Positions 20,066 to 30,045 of a stretch of DNA of 64,000 bases are shown here, one piece after another. Below the pieces are notes generated by a model. It searched no databases. It was given only the letters and a program-made list of their open reading frames with translations, and was not told where the DNA came from. Position 1 is the stretch's first letter, and each line of letters begins with the position of its first letter. Source of the stretch: Bacteroidota bacterium (lineage in GTDB: Bacteria; Bacteroidota; Bacteroidia; UKL13-3); the NCBI GenBank assembly GCA_947477885.1, contig CANJUD010000004.1, forward strand, positions 36,997-100,996, given 5' to 3'. The position numbers were made by a program, and so were the translations under genes.

Positions 20066-21220
20066 ATGTCATTCTATTTTAAACAAGGCCAAATACCCCG
20101 CAAACGTCATACACAGTTTCGCAAACCTGATGGATCATTATACTCAGAAGAGTTGGTGAGCACTGAGGGATTTAGCAGTATATATTCATTGGTATATCAT
20201 TCTCACCCGCCTACTTTGGTTAAGGAAATTGGAGAACCATTTAGTGTGGAGCCTAAAGTCGCATTGGCCAAAAATATGCAGAACCGTTCTTTCTTCACCT
20301 TTAAAACCGAGCCTTGCGACGATTATATAGAAAGCCGAAAAATATTGATGTGTAATAAAGACTTATATGTTACTGCTGCTGCACCCCGCAAATCGACTGA
20401 TTATTATTATAAGAATGCCGACGCCGATGAAGTGATCTTTGTTCACGAAGGTAGTGGTACTTTTAAAAGTGTATATGGCCAACTGGATTTTGCTTATGGC
20501 GATTATTTAGTAATACCCCGCGGAACTATATATCAATTGCAATTTGTCAATGAACAGAATCGTTTGTTTATTATAGAATCATTCAGTCCCATTCGTGCAC
20601 CCAAAAGATATTGTAATAAGGACGGACAGCTATTGGAGCATTCGCCTTATTGTGAACGCGACATCAAAACCCCCGAAAGACTTGAAACACATGATGAACA
20701 AGGCGACTTTAAAGTAATGATTAAGAAACAGGATTTAATATATCCATATACTTATCAAACACATCCGTTCGATGCAGTGGGTTGGGATGGATTTGTATAT
20801 CCTTATATATTTTCAATCCACGATTACGAACCGATAACAGGTCGCATACACATGCCACCACCTATACACCAAACATTTGAAGGAAACAACTTTGTAATAT
20901 GTTCTTTTGTTCCCCGTTTGTTCGATTATCATCCACTATCTGTTCCTGCACCATACAATCACAGCAATGTGGATAGTGACGAATTATTATATTATGTGGA
21001 TGGAGATTTCATGAGCCGCAAACATGTAGAACGCGGTATGATATCACTACATCCCAAAGGCATTCCGCATGGGCCACATCCAGGCACAGTAGAGAAATCG
21101 ATAGGAGCGAAGGAGACTAAAGAATTGGCAGTGATGATAGATCCTTTCCATCCATTACAATTAACTGAATATGCCATGGCAATGGAGGATAAGGGGTACT
21201 ATAAGAGTTGGGTGGAGTAA
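20066..21220 (+). CDS. hmgA: Homogentisate 1,2-dioxygenase
   Basis: 384 aa, the size of the Bacteroidetes short HGD form. N-terminal GQIPRKRHTQF block. Cupin-type His-rich C-terminal region (HPKGIPHGPHPG). Confidence 0.7.
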   Translation: MSFYFKQGQIPRKRHTQFRKPDGSLYSEELVSTEGFSSIYSLVYHSHPPTLVKEIGEPFSVEPKVALAKNMQNRSFFTFKTEPCDDYIESRKILMCNKDLYVTAAAPRKSTDYYYKNADADEVIFVHEGSGTFKSVYGQLDFAYGDYLVIPRGTIYQLQFVNEQNRLFIIESFSPIRAPKRYCNKDGQLLEHSPYCERDIKTPERLETHDEQGDFKVMIKKQDLIYPYTYQTHPFDAVGWDGFVYPYIFSIHDYEPITGRIHMPPPIHQTFEGNNFVICSFVPRLFDYHPLSVPAPYNHSNVDSDELLYYVDGDFMSRKHVERGMISLHPKGIPHGPHPGTVEKSIGAKETKELAVMIDPFHPLQLTEYAMAMEDKGYYKSWVE

Positions 21221-21306
21221 TTTAATGATTGAATGAGGTGTGATTGAATGGTTTTATTAGTTAAAAAATAATGATATATATTTGTTGTTCAATTAATACT
21301 TAATCT

Positions 21307-21522
21307 ATGTATACTTACAAATTACATTTACATAAGGAGGAAGATGGAGGGTTCACAGTTATTGTGCCTGCTCTGCCTGGCTGCATTACTTATGGTGAAT
21401 ATATTGACGAGGCTGTTTCAATGTCCAAAGAAGCTATAGAATTGTATATTGAAGAATTGAAAGAAAGAGGCGAAAAAATTCCTGATGATACCAATACTGT
21501 GGAATACTCTTTAAGTATATAA
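21307..21522 (+). CDS. hicB: Type II toxin-antitoxin system HicB-family antitoxin (UPF0150, short form)
   Basis: 71 aa. Motif GGFTVIVPALPGCITYGEYIDEAVSMSKEAIELYIEEL is typical of HicB/UPF0150. Confidence 0.75.
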   Translation: MYTYKLHLHKEEDGGFTVIVPALPGCITYGEYIDEAVSMSKEAIELYIEELKERGEKIPDDTNTVEYSLSI

Positions 21523-21585
21523 AGAGATGAATTTATCTCCGACCTACCTAATAAAGTTATTATAGGCTCATGAATTTTATATTAA

Positions 21586-21729
21586 AGAACAAAAGGCTCA
21601 CATCGCTTATATTTCAATCCCAATACAAATAAAACGGTGACAGTGCCAGTTCACGGTGGAAAGGACATGAAAAAAGGAAAGTTCTTAGCCATACTAAAAC
21701 AGGCTGGAATAACTAAAAGTGAAATTTGA
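21586..21729 (+). pseudogene. hicA: hicA toxin remnant (N-terminally truncated)
   Basis: In-frame peptide RTKGSHRLYFNPNTNKTVTVPVHGGKDMKKGKFLAILKQAGITKSEI matches the HicA C-terminal two-thirds (GSH...VTVPxH...LKKGTLxxILKQAGL). An in-frame TAA at 21583-21585 cuts off the N-terminus. The only upstream ATG (21570) is in another frame. Confidence 0.6.
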
Positions 21730-21744
21730 TTAATATACCTATAA

Positions 21745-21972
21745 ATGTCCGACAACTTCATCACCATCCTCACATCCCAGCAACCCATTCAACTTGCCAT
21801 TATCCGCGGCAGGCTAGAGTCGGAGGGGATTGAGTGTTTTATTAAGGATGAGCTTACCATACAAGTGCAGCCGTTTTATTCCAATGCAATTGGTGGGGCA
21901 AAGTTGCAGGTAAGGGAGAGTGATGTGGATTTAGCGAATGAGATTTTGAGGGAAGGAGGGTATATAAAATAG
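21745..21972 (+). CDS. DUF2007 domain-containing protein (putative signal-transducing protein)
   Basis: 75 aa, sequence typical of the small DUF2007 family. Confidence 0.6.
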   Translation: MSDNFITILTSQQPIQLAIIRGRLESEGIECFIKDELTIQVQPFYSNAIGGAKLQVRESDVDLANEILREGGYIK

Positions 21973-22029
21973 CCCTTCGACTTCGCTCAGAGTGCACACA
22001 AAATAATAATTATAAAATATCAAATCTCC

Positions 22030-23007
22030 TTGAACCATCGTACCGAAATACAAACCACCAATGCCACGCCCATCATTGGCCTGGGCACCAAAGTTCTCAC
22101 TATCGGCTCTTGCTTTGCTGATAATATTGGAGAACGGTTGCACGATGATAAACTTGTAGTTAAAGTAAATCCTTTTGGAACTGTATATAATCCAATAAGT
22201 ATTTTTGATTTATTGGCTGACTCATTGACTCATGTTTTGCCTGATGAAAAATTATATTATAACGATGGGGAAACTTGGCAGCACCATGGTTTTCATTCTA
22301 CGTACTGGGATTTTGATAAAGATAAACTTAGCCATAAGTTGCAAAAAATATTAGAAGATACTGGGAAGTTTTTGAGAGAAGCAGATGTATTGATGATTAC
22401 TTTCGGCACCTCGGTTATATATAAACTTAAAGATACAAAAACTCTTGTAAACAATTGCCTCAAAAGGTCTGCAAAGGATTTTGAAAAAATAGTTTTGGGA
22501 TTAGATGAAATAAAAAAAGCGTTTGATTTATTATATACATTGCTAAAAAAAGAAAATCCCAATCTCAAAATTATATTAACCTTAAGTCCTGTCCGACATA
22601 TTAAAGACGGGTTGGAATTGAATGCTGTAAGTAAATCCTTGCTTAGGTTATTTTGCAATAAAATTGCCAATCAAAAAGATATATTATACTTCCCTGCCTA
22701 CGAAGCTATGATTGACGATTTGCGTGATTATAGTTATTATAAAGATGATTTATTGCATCCCAATAATAGGGCAGTTGATTATATATATCATAAATTTGGG
22801 GAACAATATTTCACCTCAGAATATCACACTTTTTTGAACAGGTGGCAAAAATTAAAACTTCAGTTAGCCCATCGCCCACTAAAGCCCGGCACTAAGGAGC
22901 ACCATTTTTTTTTACAAAACCTATATAGTGATTTGGAAATGCTTAAGGGCACTGTTGATGTGAAGAATGAAATGGAAGAAGTGTTTCTTTTGATGAAGAA
23001 TTATTAG
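22030..23007 (+). CDS. GSCFA domain-containing protein
   Basis: Family signature motif GSCFA (VLTIGSCFADNIG) near the N-terminus. Confidence 0.75.
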   Translation: MNHRTEIQTTNATPIIGLGTKVLTIGSCFADNIGERLHDDKLVVKVNPFGTVYNPISIFDLLADSLTHVLPDEKLYYNDGETWQHHGFHSTYWDFDKDKLSHKLQKILEDTGKFLREADVLMITFGTSVIYKLKDTKTLVNNCLKRSAKDFEKIVLGLDEIKKAFDLLYTLLKKENPNLKIILTLSPVRHIKDGLELNAVSKSLLRLFCNKIANQKDILYFPAYEAMIDDLRDYSYYKDDLLHPNNRAVDYIYHKFGEQYFTSEYHTFLNRWQKLKLQLAHRPLKPGTKEHHFFLQNLYSDLEMLKGTVDVKNEMEEVFLLMKNY

Positions 23008-23095
23008 TACTCTTTACATAAGACATTCAAAACCACTCGTCATGCTGAAATAAATTCAGCATGACATCATAAAGCAGATTCTTATATATAATAAT

Positions 23096-23818
23096 TTAAA
23101 ACCCATCATACTTCCTCAACAACTTCAAAAATACCTCTAAATCCTTTGGATAAGGTGCTTCAAAAGATAATTGTTCCCCATCCAGTTCAAAAGATATATT
23201 TCTGGCATGCAAAGCCACTCTCTCAAATACAGGTTTCTCTTCTGTATATTTTGCTATCTTATAATTTCTTTTAAACCAGCTCATCATTGGCGATTTACCA
23301 CCATATGATAAGTCCCCACAAATAGGCGTATTCTGACTCGCTAGATGCACACGTATTTGGTGCATACGACCTGTAGTAGGCTTGCATGAAAGTAAAGTAA
23401 AATGCCTGAAAAATTCTATGGAATTAAATATAGTTTGAGCAGGTTTGCCGGCATAGTCAATTACCACTGTTGCTTTCTTTGTCTCCCGGATCGGAAGATT
23501 GACTTCAAGGTTTTCCATTTTTTTAACGCCATCCACTACCGCATAATATTCTTTATATACCAATCTTGATTCGAAAAGTTTGTTTACTTTTTTAAATATA
23601 TCACTGTTGGTGGCAGCTACCATAATGCCCGAAGTCTCGCGATCGAGGCGGTGACAGAGCTGTACGCTGGGGAATTTTTTTCGGAGTAATTGTAATAAAC
23701 TCGTAGTGGTAAAATTTCGTTCGTCGAGACTGGGAATAAAGGGTGGTTTGTTTACCACCAGCAATCCATCATTATTATATATAATATTGTCTTCGTAATT
23801 AAATTTGGGTGCTGCCAT
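23096..23818 (-). CDS. RluA-family pseudouridine synthase
   Basis: Catalytic motif HRLDRETSGIMVAA. Confidence 0.85.
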   Translation of the reverse strand: MAAPKFNYEDNIIYNNDGLLVVNKPPFIPSLDERNFTTTSLLQLLRKKFPSVQLCHRLDRETSGIMVAATNSDIFKKVNKLFESRLVYKEYYAVVDGVKKMENLEVNLPIRETKKATVVIDYAGKPAQTIFNSIEFFRHFTLLSCKPTTGRMHQIRVHLASQNTPICGDLSYGGKSPMMSWFKRNYKIAKYTEEKPVFERVALHARNISFELDGEQLSFEAPYPKDLEVFLKLLRKYDGF

Positions 23819-24363
23819 TATTCTAGTTTATAATCCTTTATTATTTTTTCTATCTGGAAATTTTCTACTGGGTCATAAGTTTCATCCAAATCATAGCCAT
23901 ATAAACTAGAAAATGAATTATAAAAAAACTTTTCGGCACTGCCATAGTAATCACTCATGATCCCATACACGGTGCTTCCCGTTTCTCGGCTTACCAGTTT
24001 TACCATGATTTTACCTTCATCAATACTAAAGTTTTTGAGTTGTTTCTGAAATGATTCTTTTAACTCTTTGGAATATTTTTTAATAAATTTTTTTCTTTCT
24101 TTTTTTGACTTGATTGCTTGCAGTTTTTGCTCCACTTGTTGCAAATGGAAAGCAGCCATTTTAGCATAAGGCAACACGAATTTTACCCTATTGATAAGCA
24201 AATGATAAGCTTTCTTTTGCTCAGGAGTCATCTTGGAGGTGTAAGTAAATGTAGGCAACTCAGCAGCCTCAATGGTGTCGTTCTCAACTACTACAGTTGT
24301 GCGTTGAGCAAATGTATTGTTTGAACATATATATATTACAATAAAGAGAATCCTGAACTTCAT
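23818..24363 (-). CDS. Hypothetical secreted protein
   Basis: 181 aa, signal peptide, Lys-rich. Stop overlaps the rluA start. Confidence 0.5.
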   Translation of the reverse strand: MKFRILFIVIYICSNNTFAQRTTVVVENDTIEAAELPTFTYTSKMTPEQKKAYHLLINRVKFVLPYAKMAAFHLQQVEQKLQAIKSKKERKKFIKKYSKELKESFQKQLKNFSIDEGKIMVKLVSRETGSTVYGIMSDYYGSAEKFFYNSFSSLYGYDLDETYDPVENFQIEKIIKDYKLE

Positions 24364-24449
24364 ATATATAATCTAAGATGTTTATTTGTTATTAGATTTT
24401 GCTCTTCTTAAAAAAATCGCAAATCGACAATTGTAAATGTATTTAACAA

Positions 24450-25628
24450 TTATTGTGCTGAATTTTCCTCAACCACAAATTCTGGTTTTTTAGCAGCCCA
24501 TTTTTTTGTGAGTATAATACCTGCAATCCCTACCAACATTATTAACACAGCTATCAATTCAGCCTGCGTAAAACTGAAGCCACGCAAGTGATAACGCTCA
24601 TTCACTCTAATTTGTTCTATCAGCAAACGTTCTGCTCCGTTCATTATCATATATATAGAAAATAACATTCCTGGAATACTTATACGTTTGCGTAGCATCC
24701 ATAATACCCCAAATATTACAAGTGCCATCAATGTTTCGTAAATAGGAGTGGGGAATACGGGAAGCGGCAATTGACTGCAATGAGGGCCTATACATCCAGG
24801 TATGGGCAGCCCTTCACTATTTACATTGTGCGGGTAATTGAACGACCATACCCAATCAGGTAGGAAGCTCATCCAGCCTGGTTTGGGAGCCATATTTACA
24901 ATGCCCCAATCACCGTCGCCACTCAATTGGCAACCGATTCTTCCCACACCATAAGACAGTATTAAAGCAGGTGCTGAAGCATCAATTAAATGTAATAAGT
25001 TTATATGTTTCTTGCGAGCATACCATAATACAGCAGCTGCACCACAAATTAATCCACCATAAAAGGTGAGTCCACTAAATGACAGTAAAGAACCTACGGG
25101 GTCTTGTATAAGCAAAGCTGGATTTTCTAAATTGTCGAAAAGTTTAGCACCTATTAATCCCCAGATAGCTGCAAGGCCAGTGATATTTCCCATTAGTTGA
25201 TGGGGCTTAAATATAACAGTTTTGATTTCATGAGGCGATTTGCGATTTTCTCTATCTTCACTCCAAGTAAAATATGCCATTATCAGTGCCAAAAGCAATC
25301 CTCCTATAATACTTCCGTTCCACGATAAAATTGCATCTTGTGGGTTGGTAGAAAAACTATTATAGTCAGTAAACATTAATCCAAGTTTAAAACCTAATAA
25401 AAATCCTGTTACAATGGAAAATATATAATCAACTTTGGTTTTGGGTTTGCCTATTTCCATTTGTGTAGGTATATCAGCAAACAAGCCAACCTTACGTTTC
25501 AGCTCTTTTACCATTAACGAATAGGCAGCCATAAATGAGATAGCCAATAACAAACCAAATGTTTGAACGGGGAGTAATATATCAATACCGAACAGGTACT
25601 GCAATATTGAGGTGAGGGTAGGAAACAA
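24450..25628 (-). CDS. lgt: Prolipoprotein diacylglyceryl transferase
   Basis: Multi-TM protein. Lgt signature [14 protein letters not shown]. Long Bacteroidetes-type Lgt. Confidence 0.85.
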   Translation of the reverse strand: MFPTLTSILQYLFGIDILLPVQTFGLLLAISFMAAYSLMVKELKRKVGLFADIPTQMEIGKPKTKVDYIFSIVTGFLLGFKLGLMFTDYNSFSTNPQDAILSWNGSIIGGLLLALIMAYFTWSEDRENRKSPHEIKTVIFKPHQLMGNITGLAAIWGLIGAKLFDNLENPALLIQDPVGSLLSFSGLTFYGGLICGAAAVLWYARKKHINLLHLIDASAPALILSYGVGRIGCQLSGDGDWGIVNMAPKPGWMSFLPDWVWSFNYPHNVNSEGLPIPGCIGPHCSQLPLPVFPTPIYETLMALVIFGVLWMLRKRISIPGMLFSIYMIMNGAERLLIEQIRVNERYHLRGFSFTQAELIAVLIMLVGIAGIILTKKWAAKKPEFVVEENSAQ

Positions 25629-25715
25629 ATTATTTTATATTTTTTAATTGATATTTTATATTTTTCTAACACTGCCCATGGTTGGTGGCCCCACCAAACA
25701 CAAGGGGATGCACAA

Positions 25716-26195
25716 CTATTTCTGCGGTACTTGTTTATTACATGTTACACATTTTCCATTTTTATGTACTTTGGGGTCGCCATATAGATTGAGTGAATGG
25801 GCAGTGATATTAAAGTTTAAGATACCACCTATCATATTTTGTATTTGTTGGATGCGTGGATCACAAAATTCTAAAATTTTATTACAGTGATTGCATATCA
25901 TATGGTCGTGTTGCTTATATCCGAAGGCTTGCTCGAACACGGCCATATTTTCGCCAAACTGATGTCGAGCCACCAATCCACACTCTAGTAATAAATCTAA
26001 AGTATTATATACAGTTGCACGGCTCACTCTATAGTTTCTTGCTTTCATTTGGTCATATAAAGTCTCTACATCAAAGTGTTCTTTCTTTGAATATATCTCC
26101 TCCAAAATCGCAAACCGTTCAGGCGTTTTACGCTGACCTTTTATTTCCAGATATTCAATGAATTTTTGCTTAACAGTTACTTTTATATCTTCCAT
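25716..26195 (-). CDS. fur: Fur-family transcriptional regulator
   Basis: Winged-helix N-terminus. Metal-site motifs HDHMICNHCNKILEF and C-terminal CVTC. Confidence 0.85.
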   Translation of the reverse strand: MEDIKVTVKQKFIEYLEIKGQRKTPERFAILEEIYSKKEHFDVETLYDQMKARNYRVSRATVYNTLDLLLECGLVARHQFGENMAVFEQAFGYKQHDHMICNHCNKILEFCDPRIQQIQNMIGGILNFNITAHSLNLYGDPKVHKNGKCVTCNKQVPQK

Positions 26196-26217
26196 CAGAA
26201 ATTACATATTATCATAC

Positions 26218-28254
26218 TTACCAAATTTTTGCACGCTCTTTTTCAGGCTTGAACATATTGCCACTCTTTATATTAAATGCCTTGTAAAAATCATCCATAT
26301 TGCTCACAGGTCCGTTGGTGCGGAACTCTCCCGGGCTATGTGGGTCGGTCATTATACGTTGGCGGAGTGCAGCTTCTGTAATATTATTTTTCCAAGCATT
26401 GGCCCATGATAAAAAGAACCTTTGATCGGCAGGAACTCCATGCACAACCAAATTTTTCTTGCCTTCATCGGTACGTTTAAATGCCTCTAATGCAATCATC
26501 AATCCACCCAAATCTGCAATATTTTCTCCCAAAGTTAACTTGCCATTTACATGCACATCATCAAGTAATGTATATTTATCAAATTGCGAAACTACCATTG
26601 CAGTTTTAGCATCGAAAAGTTTTTTGTCTTCATCAGTCCACCACATTTTCAAGTTCCCTTCTGCATCAAACTGGCAACCTTGGTCATCAAATCCATGCGT
26701 CATTTCGTGGCCTATCACCGCTCCGATAGCTCCATATATCATGGCATCATCTGCATTCATATCGAAAAATGGAGGTTGCAAAATCCCAGCAGGGAATACA
26801 ATTTCGTTCAGTGAAGGATTGTAATAGGCATTCACCATTTGTGGTGGCATTCCCCACTCAGTTTTGTCAACCGGGCTACCATATTTTGCAATCATTCTAT
26901 TGTATTCATACTTCGATGCTTCCATTACATTCAATACGAAATGTTGGTTCTTTATTTTGCAAGTACTGTAATCTTTCCACTTATCGGGGTAGCCAATTTT
27001 CACCATGAACTTATTTAACTTCTCAGTGGCTTTTACCTTAGTTTCTGCACTCATCCAATCCAGTTTCTGTATACGATCACGGAAAGCATCTTGCAGATTC
27101 TTTACCATCTTCAGCATACGTGCTTTTGCTTCTGCTTGAAAATTCTTGGCAACAAATATTTGCCCCACCGCTTCGCCCATCATGCCTTCTACCACTTTCA
27201 TAACACGTTCCTCTCTAGATTTTTGCGATTTTACTCCACGCAATATCGTAGAATAAAAACGGAAATGTTCTGATACAAATTTGTGGCTTAAGTAGGGAGC
27301 AGCATCACGAATCAATTGCCACCGCAAATAGGTTTTCCAATCTTGTATCGTAAGCTCGGTCATCATCTTATTCACCTCCTTAAAAAAATCGGGCTGTCCC
27401 ACAATTACACTGTCCACTTTGGGCAATCCAAAATGTTTTACCATTACTAACCAATTTGTATTTGACGATAAGTCATTGGTAAAAGCTTGTAAAGTCATTT
27501 TGTGATAACTGGCATAAGGGTCACGCATGGTTACCCTGTCCATACTGGCCTTGGCAAGGCGTGTCTCCATTTGCATCACAATGTGTGCATGGGGTCGTGC
27601 ATCTGCATCTACTTCGCCCATCAGTTTAAAAACAGATACCATGGTATTCTCTAATTCACTGCGCAGTTTTATGCTTTTATCATCACTGTTTATATAATAA
27701 TCTCTATCAGGCATACTCAATCCTCCTTGATTGAAATAAGGAATCATTTGCGAGCTTTCTTTTAAATCCTGATCTACTGAAAAACTAAATAACATCCCAT
27801 TTCCTTCACTTTGCCATTTGGCCAACAATGCGTTAAGGTCATCCACATTTTTCATTTTTTTAATCTCTGTTAAAAATGGATTCAGTGGCTCAATACCTTG
27901 CTTCTCTAAAATCTCACTGTCCATTCCGCTCTTATAAAAATCACCAATTCTGCGGCGGTTGCTACCTATTGGGTCATTGCTTATGGCTGCACTTTCTAAT
28001 ATATTCAGTAATATTTTCTTATTACGTTCTTCCACTTCATTAAAGCTTCCCCAACGACTTTCGCTTGCTGGTACGGGATTGTTCTTAATCCAATTGCCCA
28101 CCGCATATCGGTAAAAATCATTCCCTGGATTCACCGTGGTGTCCATATAATTGTGATGCAGTGCGTCTCCCATGGTGCTGTGATTAAGGTTGGTAGCGGC
28201 TATAGCAATGCTTAGTACTGCTAAGATTGAAAATTGTATATATAATTTTTTCAT
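26218..28254 (-). CDS. M13-family metallopeptidase (neprilysin/PepO-like), secreted
   Basis: 678 aa, signal peptide, zincin motif VIGHEMTHGFDDQG, downstream ENIADLGG. Confidence 0.85.
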   Translation of the reverse strand: MKKLYIQFSILAVLSIAIAATNLNHSTMGDALHHNYMDTTVNPGNDFYRYAVGNWIKNNPVPASESRWGSFNEVEERNKKILLNILESAAISNDPIGSNRRRIGDFYKSGMDSEILEKQGIEPLNPFLTEIKKMKNVDDLNALLAKWQSEGNGMLFSFSVDQDLKESSQMIPYFNQGGLSMPDRDYYINSDDKSIKLRSELENTMVSVFKLMGEVDADARPHAHIVMQMETRLAKASMDRVTMRDPYASYHKMTLQAFTNDLSSNTNWLVMVKHFGLPKVDSVIVGQPDFFKEVNKMMTELTIQDWKTYLRWQLIRDAAPYLSHKFVSEHFRFYSTILRGVKSQKSREERVMKVVEGMMGEAVGQIFVAKNFQAEAKARMLKMVKNLQDAFRDRIQKLDWMSAETKVKATEKLNKFMVKIGYPDKWKDYSTCKIKNQHFVLNVMEASKYEYNRMIAKYGSPVDKTEWGMPPQMVNAYYNPSLNEIVFPAGILQPPFFDMNADDAMIYGAIGAVIGHEMTHGFDDQGCQFDAEGNLKMWWTDEDKKLFDAKTAMVVSQFDKYTLLDDVHVNGKLTLGENIADLGGLMIALEAFKRTDEGKKNLVVHGVPADQRFFLSWANAWKNNITEAALRQRIMTDPHSPGEFRTNGPVSNMDDFYKAFNIKSGNMFKPEKERAKIW

Positions 28255-28313
28255 AATAAGTATAACACGGATCCGGAGTGCAAAGGTTAATCAAAAAATG
28301 TTAAAGATATTAA

Positions 28314-29663
28314 TTATTTCTCCCAAAAATTTAATGTGATTCCATCAAACGAACCTGAGCTCATCAACAGCAATACTCGGTTATTATAATCAAGCTGTTC
28401 CAAGAAAATATTCAGGTCAGCAGTTTGGTCGAATATTTGGGCCTTGGCTCCAAATGCTTTTTGCACTTCGTCTTTCTGTAAAGGCTCCATCTTTTTTATC
28501 TCGAACGAATGGGCATTATAATATACTATAATATCATCGGCCACATCCATACTGCCTTCATATTCTTTCAAAAAATCTTTGTTCAGGCTACTATAAGTAT
28601 GCAACTCAAAACAAGCAGTTAGTTTTCTATCTGGATACTGCTCCCGCACCGCGCTCACCGTAGCTTTAAGCTTGGATGGACTGTGAGCAAAATCACGATA
28701 AACTGTAGTTTCATCTCTATCATATAATACTTCCAATCGTTTTGCCGTTCCTTCAAAAGTTGAGATTGCTTGGTAAAATTCCAGGTCTTCCACACCCAGT
28801 TCTTTCGCCAATAAATAGATGCCCGCCAGGTTTTGCAAATTATGTCTGCCAAATATTTTCAATCCCACTTGGCCAATATCTGTTTGTATCAAAGTCTTAT
28901 AGCCATCGGTATCGATAGGTTTGTTCTCTAATTCTTCGTAGGGCAATAATTTCAAACGGTCTTTGTGTTTTGCAGCCAGTGTTTGCAAATGTTCATCGCC
29001 TGCGTAATAGGCTAGGGGAGCACCATCGGGCAATTGGTTCACAAATATTTCAAACTGTTCAATATAGTTTTCAAACGTAGGGAATACATTGATGTGGTCC
29101 CACGCAATACCAGTAAGCATCGCTATTTGCGGATGATACAAATGGAACTTCGGTCTTAAATCTAAAGGAGAAGTTAAATACTCATCACCTTCTAATATAA
29201 TCAATGGAGCATCGCTCAATTTCACCATCGTATCAAACCCAGCAAGTTGCGAACCCACCATATAATCAAAATCTTTTTTGCACTCACGCAGCACATGCAT
29301 CAACATGGCCGTACTCGTAGTTTTGCCATGGCTGCCACCAATTACTACACGGGTTTTGTCCTTGGCATGTTCATATAAAAACTGCGGAAAAGAGTAGATG
29401 GGCAAGCCCAGTTCTTTGGCTTTAAGCAGCTCAGGATTATTTGCTCGAGCATGCATCCCAAGTATCACCCCGTCCAGTCCTGCATGTACTTTATCAGCAA
29501 ACCAGCCAATCTCATCGGGCAACAAACCCACATGGGCAAGCCTACCTTTTGCAGGTTCAAATATCTCATCATCGCTACCCGTAATGGTATGCCCCAGTTG
29601 GTGCAGAGCCAATGCCATATTGTGCATCACCGCCCCGCCTATTGATATAAAATGGTAGTTCAT
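28314..29663 (-). CDS. mpl: UDP-N-acetylmuramate:L-alanyl-gamma-D-glutamyl-meso-diaminopimelate ligase
   Basis: MNYHFISIGGAVMHNMALALHQLGHTITGSDD N-terminus and Mur-ligase central/C-terminal domains (GSHGKTTST). Confidence 0.85.
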   Translation of the reverse strand: MNYHFISIGGAVMHNMALALHQLGHTITGSDDEIFEPAKGRLAHVGLLPDEIGWFADKVHAGLDGVILGMHARANNPELLKAKELGLPIYSFPQFLYEHAKDKTRVVIGGSHGKTTSTAMLMHVLRECKKDFDYMVGSQLAGFDTMVKLSDAPLIILEGDEYLTSPLDLRPKFHLYHPQIAMLTGIAWDHINVFPTFENYIEQFEIFVNQLPDGAPLAYYAGDEHLQTLAAKHKDRLKLLPYEELENKPIDTDGYKTLIQTDIGQVGLKIFGRHNLQNLAGIYLLAKELGVEDLEFYQAISTFEGTAKRLEVLYDRDETTVYRDFAHSPSKLKATVSAVREQYPDRKLTACFELHTYSSLNKDFLKEYEGSMDVADDIIVYYNAHSFEIKKMEPLQKDEVQKAFGAKAQIFDQTADLNIFLEQLDYNNRVLLLMSSGSFDGITLNFWEK

Positions 29664-29814
29664 TTTTGTGATGCAAGAATAAGGAGGGAATTTTATATTT
29701 TAATAACGAGTAATATACAACTAAGCCAAATAGTATGTCACAACTGCGGTCTCCCCTCATGAGAGATTTAGAGGGGCTTTTGTGCCCAAGTACTTTATAC
29801 TATGTACTTTCTAC

Positions 29815-29915
29815 CTTATACTATTTTGGGCGTGCCCCTCTGAAGCATCGGGTCGGGCCATACGCCTTACTTCGTGCCGGCTGCTGTCCCTCACGCGGTC
29901 TGAACAAGATTGTTG
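29815..29915 (-). ncRNA. ffs: Candidate signal recognition particle RNA (small/4.5S SRP RNA, ffs)
   Basis: GC-rich patch in a 380 bp non-coding gap. The minus strand reads UUGUUCAGACCGC-GUGA-GGGACAGCAGCCGGCACGAAGUAAGG, i.e. a GNRA tetraloop followed by a GGrAnAGCAGCC motif. This resembles SRP RNA domain IV (E. coli CAGGUCCGGAAGGAAGCAGCC). Flanks can form an imperfect long helix. Boundaries approximate. Confidence 0.35.
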
Positions 29916-30045
29916 TGATTAAAGGATTAACAGGATTTTATACTGTTCATATGGTTGGACACAGTCGATGGTTGGTGTCCCCACCAACCCAAAGATGGAT
30001 TCTAATTATTTGCCTTTGGTTGGTGTTTTCACCAACCAAAATAAC

